64,000 nucleotides of DNA from a bacterium (GTDB lineage: Bacteria > Zhuqueibacterota > Zhuqueibacteria > Residuimicrobiales > Krinioviventaceae), in contig OY843751.1 in assembly GCA_963693055.1 (NCBI GenBank), positions 5,152,001 through 5,216,000 on the forward strand, read 5' to 3'. Below are positions 8,203 to 18,423 of the stretch, one piece after another. A model generated the notes under the pieces. That model was given only the letters and a program-made list of their open reading frames with translations, was not told the DNA's origin and did not search any database. The position numbers and the translations under genes are program-made. Position 1 is the first letter of the stretch. Every line of letters starts with the position of its first letter.

Positions 8203-9414
8203 GAAACATCTGAAATATTGGATTTTTTCATATTGAACTAATAAATTGAGTTCAATTTTCCAAAGAGAATGAAATATTTATAAAATCTATAACATTTAAA
8301 ATTGTTCTTTGACAAAATTTACTATCATTACTCTAATACATAGGTTATATACCTACGAAATGGCTCAAGTGGTTAATGTAACCATACGCCTGATATTATA
8401 AACCCATGCTGCAATCACAAATTCAAAACGATTTCGGCCCATATCATAATAACTGCACCGATCATAATCTAATACTTGCTTCATAAAGGCAAACGGTCTT
8501 TCAACTGCATTCCGAACTTTAGATAATTGCTTATTTCTTTTTACCTGCTTTGATGTCAAATTTCGGTTTCTATATCCTTTATCAAGAATGCCGCAATAGA
8601 CTCCTTTGCCTCGCAGGTTGCACTTGCGGGCTTTGTTCGTGTAACCTTTATCTGCGAACACCGCATTTTCTTTTTCTGTTATCAGATCCGGAAAAAGATT
8701 TGTGTCGTGAATACTTGCGCTGGTAAACTCTACAGAATGAATAATATCACTGTCCAAATCTGTACCAATATGGCCTTTGTAGCCATAATGCGTTTTGCCA
8801 CGTTTCTTTGTGAAATCTGCATCACGATCACGCTTGCTTCCTGGTTTCGCTTGTGCTTGTTTTATAGTTGCATCAACAAGTGTTCCTTTGCCAACGATCA
8901 GACCCATTTTTTCAAGCTGTTTGTTGAATTGCCGGAACAGTATTTTATCAAGACCAAGGCGAGAAAATTGTTCACGATAGCGACAGATAGTGGTCTCGTC
9001 AGGGATTGCATCAGCACTGGTCAGTTCCAGAAACAATTGAAAACTACGTCGATCCGCAATCTCTTCTTCCAGGCGAGGATCGGATAAACCATAGATACGT
9101 TGTAATAAAAAACAACGAACAATAACTAACAAATCAAATGACGGCTTGCCTGCATTTGATTTTCTGGTTTTTGATTGTTCAATACGTTCTTCAATGGGTT
9201 CAAGTAAATTTTGCCAATCAATTTTTTCTTTGATAATTTCCAGAGCTTGTTTGCTTTGGGTTTTTATATGCTTTTTGAAATTTTCATTTGCTGCTGTGGT
9301 AAACAAGTCTTCATTGTGTATTCTATTGCGACCCATGTAAAACTCCAGTTTTTTTTATCATACAGCAAATTAGTAAATTATTACCTTTGATTCTAATAAT
9401 ATTTCAGAGGTTTC
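8203..9414 (-). mobile_element. IS5-family insertion sequence
   Basis: Terminal IRs GAAACATCTGAAATATT / GAAACCTCTGAAATATT (reverse complement); TAAAA on both flanks. Confidence 0.85.
8365..9336 (-). CDS. IS5-family DDE transposase
   Basis: 323 aa: LQRIYGLSD..LEEEIADRRSF, PDETTICRYR, LVDATI, YGYKGH, FADKGY, RNAVERPF. Confidence 0.93.
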   Translation of the reverse strand: MGRNRIHNEDLFTTAANENFKKHIKTQSKQALEIIKEKIDWQNLLEPIEERIEQSKTRKSNAGKPSFDLLVIVRCFLLQRIYGLSDPRLEEEIADRRSFQLFLELTSADAIPDETTICRYREQFSRLGLDKILFRQFNKQLEKMGLIVGKGTLVDATIKQAQAKPGSKRDRDADFTKKRGKTHYGYKGHIGTDLDSDIIHSVEFTSASIHDTNLFPDLITEKENAVFADKGYTNKARKCNLRGKGVYCGILDKGYRNRNLTSKQVKRNKQLSKVRNAVERPFAFMKQVLDYDRCSYYDMGRNRFEFVIAAWVYNIRRMVTLTT

Positions 9415-9436
9415 TAAAAACATTTTAAAAAGTCAC

Positions 9437-10189
9437 ATGTTGTTAGAGCTATTGTGGGTACGGACAATTTATACACTGGTACTCATCAATGTAGTCTATA
9501 TGGGATACGCCCTTTACACAAAAAAGATTGAAAAGCGTAAACCTCTTGAATACTCGCTAAAACACTGCAAAAAAGAACTATTGCAAGGCCTGGGTTTGGG
9601 AGCAGGTTTAATAACGCTTCAGGTTGTGTTCTTGTGGATTATTGATGTGTATCAATTGCAAGGGATGGCCTTTTCTATAGGTATCATTAGATTTCTCCTG
9701 CTAAATCTTTTCATAGGTTTTTTTGAAGAACTGGTAAGCAGAGGTATTCTCTTCCGTATATTAGAAGAAGGATTAGGCAGTTGGATTGCTATCCTTATCT
9801 CTTCGCTGGAAGTGGGACTAACGCATTTAGCGAATAGCGGCTCATCTGCCCTCAGTACTTTTGCAGTAGGTATAGAGTTTGGTCTGATGCTCACGTTGTT
9901 CTATATGATAACCCGCAGGTTATGGGTTATTACAGGCTTTCACTTTGCATGGAATTTTACCATGGGAGGTATTTTTGGCATTAATGTATCTGGACTGGAA
10001 TTGTCCGGATTATTGCAAGCCAATCTGGTGGGACCGGCTATCCTGACAGGCGGACAATGGGGAATTGAAGCGGGTTTACCGGCTATCTTGATTTGTTCAG
10101 GAATATCTATTTATCTGCTGATAAGAATAATTCGCGAGAAAAAGACTGTGCAACCTATATGGAAACAGGGCAAATCACAAATGATCTGA
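9437..10189 (+). CDS. CPBP/CAAX-type intramembrane metalloprotease (Abi family)
   Basis: FFEELVSRG, LTH and FHFAWN motifs with multiple TM segments; may be N-terminally truncated. Confidence 0.85.
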   Translation: MLLELLWVRTIYTLVLINVVYMGYALYTKKIEKRKPLEYSLKHCKKELLQGLGLGAGLITLQVVFLWIIDVYQLQGMAFSIGIIRFLLLNLFIGFFEELVSRGILFRILEEGLGSWIAILISSLEVGLTHLANSGSSALSTFAVGIEFGLMLTLFYMITRRLWVITGFHFAWNFTMGGIFGINVSGLELSGLLQANLVGPAILTGGQWGIEAGLPAILICSGISIYLLIRIIREKKTVQPIWKQGKSQMI

Positions 10190-11584
10190 CTTTTTATTAT
10201 CTTCAAGTTTGGTCATGGTAATGCCCGTATATCCATAAAAAATAGAGATCAACGGGTTGATGATGTTCAAAAATGCAAATGGCAAATATGCCAGTGGATA
10301 GACTCCCAGGGTGGCCCACATATAGGCGCCTCCGGTGTTCCACGGAATCAGCGATGAACTGAGGGTGCCGCCATCTTCCAGGCAACGAGATAAATTTTTG
10401 GGATCAAGACCCGCTTTTGCAAAAGCATCTTTGTACATCCGCCCCGGTACGATAATAGACAGATACTGGTCCGGTGCTATGGTATTCATACACATACAGG
10501 TAAGTACGGTTGAAGTTACAAGTCCGCCAACAGATCGGGCCAGTTTCAGTATCGCACCGGCTATAACTTCCAGCATACCGGTCTTTTCCATCACACCGCC
10601 AAACGACAGCGCGCACAAAATCAATGCTACGGTTGTCAACATACTCTCCATTCCGCCACGGCTGAGCAGTGTATCAACCGCCTCGAGCCCAATCTGCGAC
10701 ACATACCCATTTTGCGCCGCGTTCATGATCTCACTGACCGGAGTTTGCTGAAAAACAAATGCGGCAATCCCGCCCAAAACAGCGCCCCCTAACAGAGACG
10801 GTAAAGCCGGGAGTTTAAAAACAACCATCAAGATAACCAAAAGCGGCGCTACAAGCAGTATGGGGGATAAATTAAACGTGGTCTGTAACGAATCAAGAAT
10901 CTGATTAATATTTTGCATTTGCACTGCATTGCTGCCATATTTAAACCCCAATAACAAATATAAAACCAGGGCAATAACATAACTTGGCCCTGTTGTATAC
11001 AACATGTGCCGAATATGACTGAATATTTCGGAACCGGCAACAGCAGGTGCCAGATTTGTTGTATCGGAAAGTGGTGACATCTTGTCGCCAAAATACGAGC
11101 CTGAAATGATAGCACCGGCAACCATAGGCAGCGGCACTCCAAGCCCCTGGCCAATCCCAATTAATGCAATACCAACCGTACCTGCGGTTGACCAAGAACT
11201 TCCGGTAGCCAGCGAAACCAGGGAACAAATCACACAGGTTGCAGCCAGAAAAACCGATGGGGATATGATCTTTAATCCAAAATAGATCATTGTAGGTACA
11301 ATTCCACTGATTATCCAAGTGCCAATAAGCAATCCAATAACCAATAAAATCAAGCACGCCTGTAAAGCGATCTCTATTCCCTCAACAATACCCCGCTCTA
11401 TAGTTTTCCAGGTATACCCCAGATACATACCCACCAATGACGCGGCAACAGTTCCAAAAATCAACGGGATATGCGGACTGCCATCAAATAACAGTACATT
11501 GATTCCCAAGAACATAACCAGGAACACAACGGGAATCAATGCCTGAAACAGTGTGGCTTGTTTTTTCTCATTTATTTTTCTCAT
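10175..11584 (-). CDS. nhaC: Na+/H+ antiporter NhaC
   Basis: GSSWSTAGTVG, FGDKMSPLSDTTNLA, LSRCLEDGGT, LIPWNTGG. Confidence 0.9.
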   Translation of the reverse strand: MRKINEKKQATLFQALIPVVFLVMFLGINVLLFDGSPHIPLIFGTVAASLVGMYLGYTWKTIERGIVEGIEIALQACLILLVIGLLIGTWIISGIVPTMIYFGLKIISPSVFLAATCVICSLVSLATGSSWSTAGTVGIALIGIGQGLGVPLPMVAGAIISGSYFGDKMSPLSDTTNLAPAVAGSEIFSHIRHMLYTTGPSYVIALVLYLLLGFKYGSNAVQMQNINQILDSLQTTFNLSPILLVAPLLVILMVVFKLPALPSLLGGAVLGGIAAFVFQQTPVSEIMNAAQNGYVSQIGLEAVDTLLSRGGMESMLTTVALILCALSFGGVMEKTGMLEVIAGAILKLARSVGGLVTSTVLTCMCMNTIAPDQYLSIIVPGRMYKDAFAKAGLDPKNLSRCLEDGGTLSSSLIPWNTGGAYMWATLGVYPLAYLPFAFLNIINPLISIFYGYTGITMTKLEDNKKSDHL

Positions 11585-11816
11585 AATTATATAAACATAA
11601 CAATCTATTTATTCAAAGGCAACAAACAGTTAGTTAAAATGAAATAATTTAACAAATGCACAAAACTTTTTAACAATTTGAACGTTATTAATATAGATCA
11701 AAAACCAACAATGCTTGTTTGTTATTTTTCAAATTTATACATTCAAATAATTCTCTAAAAAAAAGCAACTCATAGAACTGTTCAATAATGTAAAACATAC
11801 ATATCAAGGGTAGAAT

Positions 11817-12665
11817 ATGAAAGTCCTTTTTGTATCGTTCTTATTGCTCTTCTCCGTAACAGCTTTTTCACAATCAGCACCTGAACCGGTTCAATTTTCT
11901 CCCATATCTGAAAATCTCTTTCTTGTCAAAGGTGGTCGTGGCGCCAATGGTGGTGTTTATATTGGTCAAAATGCGGTTTTGCTGATTGATGCAAAAATGA
12001 CTAAAGAGCATGTTGACGAAACACTAACAGCAATCAAAAAACTGACAGATAAACCTGTAAGGTATCTCATCAACACACACAGCGATGGAGATCATGTAAA
12101 TGGTAACCGTTACGTATCCCCTTCTGTCACCATCATCGCTCATGAAAACTGTCGTAATGATTTTTTTCGGTCTGACAGAAACGGGAATCCATCGGAATGG
12201 GACTCTTCTGGACTCTGTCCATTCATCCCCGCAGTTACATTTCAAGATAAATTAAATATCTATGTCGGACCCAAAGCCATAGAATTGTATTATTTTGGTG
12301 TGGGGCATACTACGGGAGATATTGTAGTGTATTTCCCGGAAGCTAAAATTGCATTCATTGGCGATCAGGTATTTGCAGACAGACCCCAATTGATCCATTC
12401 TCACAAAAACGGAAATTCATTCGAGCACGTTAGAACATTGCAAAACATGCTAAACACACTTGACGCTGAACAATTTTATTCAGGGCACAGTGATGTACTC
12501 TACCGAAAAGACATTGAAAATCACATATCGACAATGAAACAAAAGCAATCATCAATTAAAAATATGATAAATGAACAAAAATCTCTCTCTGAAATAAAAA
12601 ACGAATTTGATTTAAAGGAGGAGCGATTAGTAGAATCAATATTTAATGAAATACATAAAATGTAA
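11817..12665 (+). CDS. Exported MBL-fold metallo-hydrolase
   Basis: Signal peptide; INTHSDGDHVNGN, GHTTGD, GD and GHS motifs. Confidence 0.85.
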   Translation: MKVLFVSFLLLFSVTAFSQSAPEPVQFSPISENLFLVKGGRGANGGVYIGQNAVLLIDAKMTKEHVDETLTAIKKLTDKPVRYLINTHSDGDHVNGNRYVSPSVTIIAHENCRNDFFRSDRNGNPSEWDSSGLCPFIPAVTFQDKLNIYVGPKAIELYYFGVGHTTGDIVVYFPEAKIAFIGDQVFADRPQLIHSHKNGNSFEHVRTLQNMLNTLDAEQFYSGHSDVLYRKDIENHISTMKQKQSSIKNMINEQKSLSEIKNEFDLKEERLVESIFNEIHKM

Positions 12666-12689
12666 TATCATATCATTTTTGGAGGAAAC

Positions 12690-14231
12690 ATGGGAAATCA
12701 ATCAGAAAAAAATGGATTGAACCGCAGGGATTTTATCAAATCGACTGCAGTAACAGGTGCCGCAGTAATGGCAGCCAACAGTTACCCTACTGCCATTAAA
12801 GCTCAAGACCGAAAAAAACGATTTGCACATGTGGGTGTTGGTGCCAGATCTTATATGTATCGCCGCGCTATTTTTGATACATATAAAGATCATTGTGAAT
12901 ATGTTGGTTTTTGTGATACCAATGAAGGTCGTTTGAAAATGGCACAGGCCCAGGCCAAAGAAGCAACAGGACTGGATGTACCCATTTTTGCAGCAGACGA
13001 CTTTGATGAAATGGTAGAAAAAACCAAACCTGACGTAATCATTGTTACTACAGTTGATGGTTTTCATCACAAGTATGTCATCAGAGGTATGGAACTGGGT
13101 TGCGATGTAATTACCGAAAAACCCATGACCATTGACGCTGAAAAATGCCAAAAAATCATCGATACCCAAAAAAGTACCGGCAAAAATTGTAAAGTAACTT
13201 TTAACTATCGCTATTCTCCCCCCAGATCTCAAGTTAAAGATATTTTAATGAGTGGTGAAATTGGTGACATTCTGTCTGTCGATTTCCATTGGCTGCTCAA
13301 TACCCAACATGGCGCGGATTATTTCCGTCGCTGGCACAGCCAAAAAAAGTTCTCGGGTGGTTTAATGGTGCATAAAGCAACACACCATTTTGATCTGGTA
13401 AACTGGTGGTTATCCGCAATACCGGTATCTGTTATGGCAAAAGGGAAAAGAGAATATTACACTCCTGAAATGGCCAAACGCATTGGTTTAAACAGCCATC
13501 ATGAACGTTGCCATACCTGTCCCGAAAAAGACAAATGTACCTTTGCAATGGATCTCGAAAACAGCTGGGGATTAAAAGAACTCTATCTGGAAAATGAAAA
13601 ATACGATGGTTATTACCGTGACCGCTGCGTTTTCCGTCCAGATATCGATATTGAAGATTCCATGACATTGGCTGTTGAATACGACAACAAGGTACAAATG
13701 TCATATTCATTGAATGCGTTCAATGCCTGGGAAGGTTACATGGTCAACTTTAACGGTACCAAAGGTCGTCTGGAACACCAGATTGTGGAACAGATCTATG
13801 TTAGCGGTACCAATACCGTTCAGGGTGGTATTGAAGGTGCAACCACACGGGTTATTCCCTTACGCGGCGCACCCAAAGATTACGAACCTTGGTCTGGCGA
13901 AGGAGGCCATGGCGGTGGCGATCAGGTTATGCTTGACGATATCTTTTTACCGGAAAAGAAAAAAGATAAATATCAACGCGCGGCAGACCAACGCTCGGGA
14001 GCGTACTCTATCCTTACAGGTGTTGCTGCAAACATCTGTTTTAAAACCAAACAAGATGTAGTGATTGCTGATCTGGTTAAGGGAATTGGCTATCCCGATT
14101 ATCCGGCAATGCCAACCAAAACAGAATCTCTGCCCATGCCGAAAAAAATTGAACGAAGACGTCCACCACGCCGCAGACCTGGCGAACAAGGTGGTCCTGG
14201 ATCTCAAAAGCAGGAAGAGAAAAAAGGTTAA
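12690..14231 (+). CDS. Tat-exported Gfo/Idh/MocA oxidoreductase
   Basis: NRRDFIK Tat motif, GVGAR, EKPM, HKATHHFD, GHGGGD. Confidence 0.9.
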   Translation: MGNQSEKNGLNRRDFIKSTAVTGAAVMAANSYPTAIKAQDRKKRFAHVGVGARSYMYRRAIFDTYKDHCEYVGFCDTNEGRLKMAQAQAKEATGLDVPIFAADDFDEMVEKTKPDVIIVTTVDGFHHKYVIRGMELGCDVITEKPMTIDAEKCQKIIDTQKSTGKNCKVTFNYRYSPPRSQVKDILMSGEIGDILSVDFHWLLNTQHGADYFRRWHSQKKFSGGLMVHKATHHFDLVNWWLSAIPVSVMAKGKREYYTPEMAKRIGLNSHHERCHTCPEKDKCTFAMDLENSWGLKELYLENEKYDGYYRDRCVFRPDIDIEDSMTLAVEYDNKVQMSYSLNAFNAWEGYMVNFNGTKGRLEHQIVEQIYVSGTNTVQGGIEGATTRVIPLRGAPKDYEPWSGEGGHGGGDQVMLDDIFLPEKKKDKYQRAADQRSGAYSILTGVAANICFKTKQDVVIADLVKGIGYPDYPAMPTKTESLPMPKKIERRRPPRRRPGEQGGPGSQKQEEKKG

Positions 14232-14243
14232 ACTTGACAAATT

Positions 14244-14276
14244 AAAAAAGGTCTCTTATATTAAGAGACCTTTTTT
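14244..14276 (+). terminator. Intrinsic terminator hairpin
   Basis: AAAAAGGTCTCTTA-TAT-TAAGAGACCTTTTTT. Confidence 0.75.
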
Positions 14277-14302
14277 ATTCATATGAATGGGGAGTTGTTA
14301 TC

Positions 14303-15226
14303 ATGACCAGATTCAACACCATTACCTTTTCTTTGTTTATTATTCTTTTAAATGTTTGTGTTTCTTTTGGCGCGTCTGATTCCAAATCCGGCACATTACG
14401 AATTGCGGCCTGTCAATTTCCGGTTTCAGGAGACATTGTAGAAAACTCGAAATGGATCCAAAAGCAAATGCATAAAGCAGCAAAGCAAGGCGCAGAACTG
14501 GTACAGTTTCCGGAATGCGCTTTATCCGGCTATGGCGGTGCGGATATTGAAACGCTTCAGGTATTGAACTGGACGCTTCTCCATCAGGAAACAACAAATA
14601 TCATAAAACTGGCTGACGAGTTAAACATTTGGGTCCTTCTGGGTAGCACGCATAAGCTTTCGGATGGCAATAAACCCCACAACAGCTTGTATCTCATCTC
14701 ACCCGAGGGTAAAATTACAGATCGTTACGACAAACGCTTTTGCACCACGGGCGATTTGGACCACTATACACCCGGTGATCATTTTGTTACCTTTGATATC
14801 AATGGAGTCAAATGCGGTCTCTTGATCTGTTACGACATCCGCTTCCCCGAGCTTTATCGGCAATACTCCAGGCTGGGCGTACGTGTCATGTTTCACTCGT
14901 TCTATAATGCGCGGCACAAAAAGGACTGCATCCATCCCAAAATCATGCCCGTTACGGCCCAGGCACGTGCCGGTACCAATGCCATGTATGTCTCGCTCAC
15001 CAACTCGAGCGCCAAACACAGTTGGCCATGCTATTTTATTACACCGGATGGACTCGTAGAGTCCAAGCTCAAACGCAACAAAGCTGGCGTACTGGTATCC
15101 GACATTGATATCAATCAAAAATTTTACGATCCCAGCAAGCCCTTTCGCGCAGATGCCATAGACGGCAAACTCAACAGCGGTGAAACAGTAGATGATCCCA
15201 AATCTAAAGACCGTACAGGGTATTAA
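14303..15226 (+). CDS. Exported carbon-nitrogen hydrolase (nitrilase superfamily)
   Basis: E-K-C triad: FPECAL, YDKRF, ICYDIRFPE; signal peptide. Confidence 0.9.
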   Translation: MTRFNTITFSLFIILLNVCVSFGASDSKSGTLRIAACQFPVSGDIVENSKWIQKQMHKAAKQGAELVQFPECALSGYGGADIETLQVLNWTLLHQETTNIIKLADELNIWVLLGSTHKLSDGNKPHNSLYLISPEGKITDRYDKRFCTTGDLDHYTPGDHFVTFDINGVKCGLLICYDIRFPELYRQYSRLGVRVMFHSFYNARHKKDCIHPKIMPVTAQARAGTNAMYVSLTNSSAKHSWPCYFITPDGLVESKLKRNKAGVLVSDIDINQKFYDPSKPFRADAIDGKLNSGETVDDPKSKDRTGY

Positions 15227-15425
15227 CGATTGATAAATTAAACCGCTTTCAAAAGACAATTCTGTAAAGGGGGTTAAACAATTCGACAGTCCGGGTTTTA
15301 TTGAATTTTAAAAAAGTGGCCATTTAAAATAACCAGATACATACAAAAATTTCTTGCATATTTTGATGGAAATGTGTAATTAAATAAACGGGTAATTACA
15401 ACCTCATTATTAAATTAAATAGAAT

Positions 15426-15701
15426 ATGAAAAACGATCATTATGAAACACCTGTAATAGGTAAAGTAATGGTACCCTGTCGGTTTTGCGGTGGAGCGGGG
15501 CTTTTATCACGCAAGAAACATCGTGATGACCGTTATTGTCCAGCTTGTGGCGGAGCTGGTTCGGTTCCGGTATATCCGGACAAGCATGGTGACGGCTGTG
15601 AATGTGCGGCCTGTAATGGTACCGGAAGCGAAAAGATAAACTGGCGCCGCAAGTGCAGATGTAGTGTATGTAACGGTACCGGCTGGGCGGGGTGTGATTG
15701 A
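15426..15701 (+). CDS. Small DnaJ-type zinc-finger protein
   Basis: Four CxxCxGxG repeats in 91 aa. Confidence 0.7.
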   Translation: MKNDHYETPVIGKVMVPCRFCGGAGLLSRKKHRDDRYCPACGGAGSVPVYPDKHGDGCECAACNGTGSEKINWRRKCRCSVCNGTGWAGCD

Positions 15702-15781
15702 TTCACTCGATCATTTATTTGTAATACTTTATTAAATAGGGAAAACCACCTCACAATACTTTTAAACATACAGGTAATATT

Positions 15782-16333
15782 ATGCTTCAACTGAAACCTT
15801 GCAGTATATTTCTACTCTTTCTATTGGTATTCAATGCTGCAGAATTGCGTTCTCAAACCAGATTCAATCCTGTTCTCCCCCCTGTGGAATTCACTGCATA
15901 TCAAAACAATGAAACATCGGCACCTTTGATGTCAAAATCAAATCATTATCAATCCCAACCGGCCGCATGGGTTGCCGCGCAGCAATTGGTGATAGGGCCT
16001 ATTGAAGGCTCGGTAATTGGGATTTTGAGCGGCTTGGGTACCATGTGCCTGTTTGCAGATTTTGAAAATTCGGACAAACATAAAATGTCCATAGGAACAG
16101 GATACGCCATAGGTGCATCAATTGGCTATGTTCTGGGTAACGGCTATGCCATACACAAAGCTGGAGAAAATCGAGGTATACAAGGCTCCCGCACAGCAAC
16201 GATAGTCGGCAGTATACTCGGTACGTTAGCGGGTGCTTATATTTACGACAGAACCAAAATGGGATGGGGTGTTTTGGCCGGTGCGCCGGTTCTGGCAACG
16301 TTATCCTTTCATATTTCAAGCAAGAGGTACTAA
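15782..16333 (+). CDS. Exported hypothetical protein with glycine-zipper-like helices
   Basis: Signal peptide followed by GxxxG-rich segments. Confidence 0.6.
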   Translation: MLQLKPCSIFLLFLLVFNAAELRSQTRFNPVLPPVEFTAYQNNETSAPLMSKSNHYQSQPAAWVAAQQLVIGPIEGSVIGILSGLGTMCLFADFENSDKHKMSIGTGYAIGASIGYVLGNGYAIHKAGENRGIQGSRTATIVGSILGTLAGAYIYDRTKMGWGVLAGAPVLATLSFHISSKRY

Positions 16334-16335
16334 TA

Positions 16336-16878
16336 ATGAGGCACAATTTATGGATTCTTTGTATTCTCTTGATTTCAGCATCCCTTTGGGGACAAAACGA
16401 TCAAAAAAATGAATATGTTGTACATCGTCACTGGCTCAGTCTGAATGTGGGTGCCATACGCAACCAGGACACAGAAAACGGTTGGGTCTCTAATTTGGTG
16501 CAATATGCCTATACCTGGGACAGGGACTATCTCAGCATCTGCTATAGTAATTCCATTGATGTTCTTGAATTTGACAGCAGTGACGAACACGAGTATATAA
16601 AAAACATCAGCATCCTATTTGGGAAACAGTATATAAAAGGACATTTGGGAGCAGCCGTATCCTTGGGAGGGGGATATTCATGGGGCGCAGAGACCGAATG
16701 GATACATGCAAAAGAAAGGTTTGACTTTTACCCTTTTCAGGGAATTTCCGGAGCTATTCAAGGGCAAATCTTTTTGGGTAACGAGAACTGGCGATTAAAT
16801 TTATTAGCATTCGGCAATATCAATGACAAATGGACTGTTCCCGGTGCTGTTTTCGGATTGATGTATTTTATTCATTAA
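16336..16878 (+). CDS. Exported hypothetical protein, possible small outer-membrane beta-barrel
   Basis: Start MRHNLW at 16336 with signal peptide; alternating aromatic beta-strand pattern. Confidence 0.55.
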   Translation: MRHNLWILCILLISASLWGQNDQKNEYVVHRHWLSLNVGAIRNQDTENGWVSNLVQYAYTWDRDYLSICYSNSIDVLEFDSSDEHEYIKNISILFGKQYIKGHLGAAVSLGGGYSWGAETEWIHAKERFDFYPFQGISGAIQGQIFLGNENWRLNLLAFGNINDKWTVPGAVFGLMYFIH

Positions 16879-16939
16879 CATCAAATTGCTGATATACTTG
16901 GAATTTCGAAAAACTGTCTAACAACTAATTGGGGGGGGG

Positions 16940-18406
16940 TTATTCAACAACCTTGATTGATTTCACATCCAATCCTTCATCAAATATGGCTTTGCGCACC
17001 AAAAACCGAAAAGCCCCGTGCTCATCAACAGGAACCGGTTTCATATCTTTACTAAATCCACTTGCATATTTGGCAATGAGATTGTTTGTAAACAAGTTGT
17101 AAACAGATATCTCGCTCTCAGAAACGCGTATTGCGTATTTTTCAGAGTTGTAAGCTCGATTCGGGAACATCTCTTTGAATAACTTGCTGTCATAATCCGG
17201 GTAGCGAATTTGAGAATTAACAAACAGGTCCTTTTGCGTTACAAACAAATACCAATCCCGGTTCTGTGCAACTGTATATTCATCACTCGTGATAAAGCCG
17301 ATCATATTTTCAGTATTTCCGGTAGCGGGTAAAACATCTTTATCCCCAAACTTTGCTAAATATTGCTGCCATAATGCATCAGCAGGTAAATCCGCTGAAT
17401 TTATAGAATTTTTCTCAACACTCTCAATACTGCCGCTGTATTTCTCGTACAATTGCTCATACGCATCAAATCCCAGAGTATCGATCAAAAATCGGGTATA
17501 CAATCCTGAAGCAGGATAACTCATGGAAGCATCCATACTGTAGAATCCATTTCTGCTCAACAGAGTTTTATAATCCAAAAATCCGCTGTTCATTACAAAA
17601 TGTCCCAAATTCAGTATCACCCCCGGTTCTTTGCCGCCACGACCACCTAACGCAACAGCTAGCCCCTCTTGCAAAAACGGCTGGGTATACAAAGGCAGCT
17701 CGCCCAGTCGATAATTGATCAGTAAATGGATCAACTCGTGATAATGACAATTAAAAGTCGATATCACATAATCATAAGGAATGTAAAACTGGCCGCGAGA
17801 CACATAACCGGTCAATTGTTCTATCTTTTTATCGTCTTTACACAAAAAATAGTGGATTTTTTTACGCTGTAAACGTTCAATATCAGATTCCGAGAAAACC
17901 ATCAGATCTGCAATCTGTCTGACAAACGCATCTAATCTCTCAGCGGCATAAGTATTGTACAAGCAAGCATCGCTGACATGGAACACAAAAAATTTGGACT
18001 CGAACTGTTCCCAGTCTTTTGCATAATACGCGGGACGAGAGATCAGTAACGAATACTGAAAATAAAACCGCAATTGCTGCTGTTGTGGCAAATCCAATAA
18101 AAGACAATCAAAGCCATTACCAAGCGTTTCAATAGAGCATGTATATGGAATTTCTCCCGCAAGCATTTGTTGTTTTACATCATCATTTAGATCATTAGAG
18201 ATCATGAATTTGTGCTGTACACCTTTATACATTGTTCCCAACCGACCAGACAAAGCCAACTCTTGCGGCTGCACAAAATTCGTCAATTGGTCAGAATTCT
18301 GCAGCCAGGCAGTAAAAAACGGGCGATACCCACCAGGGACTGAATCATTTTGGGGAAAAGAACAGAGTGGCAACAAACACAGGATAATAATTTTAAAAAC
18401 ACGCAA
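16940..18406 (-). CDS. Exported protein with gluzincin-like motif
   Basis: HELIH...FLQEGLAV; signal peptide. Confidence 0.6.
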   Translation of the reverse strand: MRVFKIIILCLLPLCSFPQNDSVPGGYRPFFTAWLQNSDQLTNFVQPQELALSGRLGTMYKGVQHKFMISNDLNDDVKQQMLAGEIPYTCSIETLGNGFDCLLLDLPQQQQLRFYFQYSLLISRPAYYAKDWEQFESKFFVFHVSDACLYNTYAAERLDAFVRQIADLMVFSESDIERLQRKKIHYFLCKDDKKIEQLTGYVSRGQFYIPYDYVISTFNCHYHELIHLLINYRLGELPLYTQPFLQEGLAVALGGRGGKEPGVILNLGHFVMNSGFLDYKTLLSRNGFYSMDASMSYPASGLYTRFLIDTLGFDAYEQLYEKYSGSIESVEKNSINSADLPADALWQQYLAKFGDKDVLPATGNTENMIGFITSDEYTVAQNRDWYLFVTQKDLFVNSQIRYPDYDSKLFKEMFPNRAYNSEKYAIRVSESEISVYNLFTNNLIAKYASGFSKDMKPVPVDEHGAFRFLVRKAIFDEGLDVKSIKVVE

Positions 18407-18423
18407 TACCTGCCCCCTTGAAT

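Noticed and set aside
9437-10189. Abi-family protease as a phage-defence system
   Set aside because: CPBP proteases are widespread and no defence partner genes are adjacent; it could at most be toxin-immunity related.
16264-16335. Longer start for the 16336-16878 gene
   Set aside because: It overlaps the upstream gene, and the signal peptide begins at the ATG at 16336.
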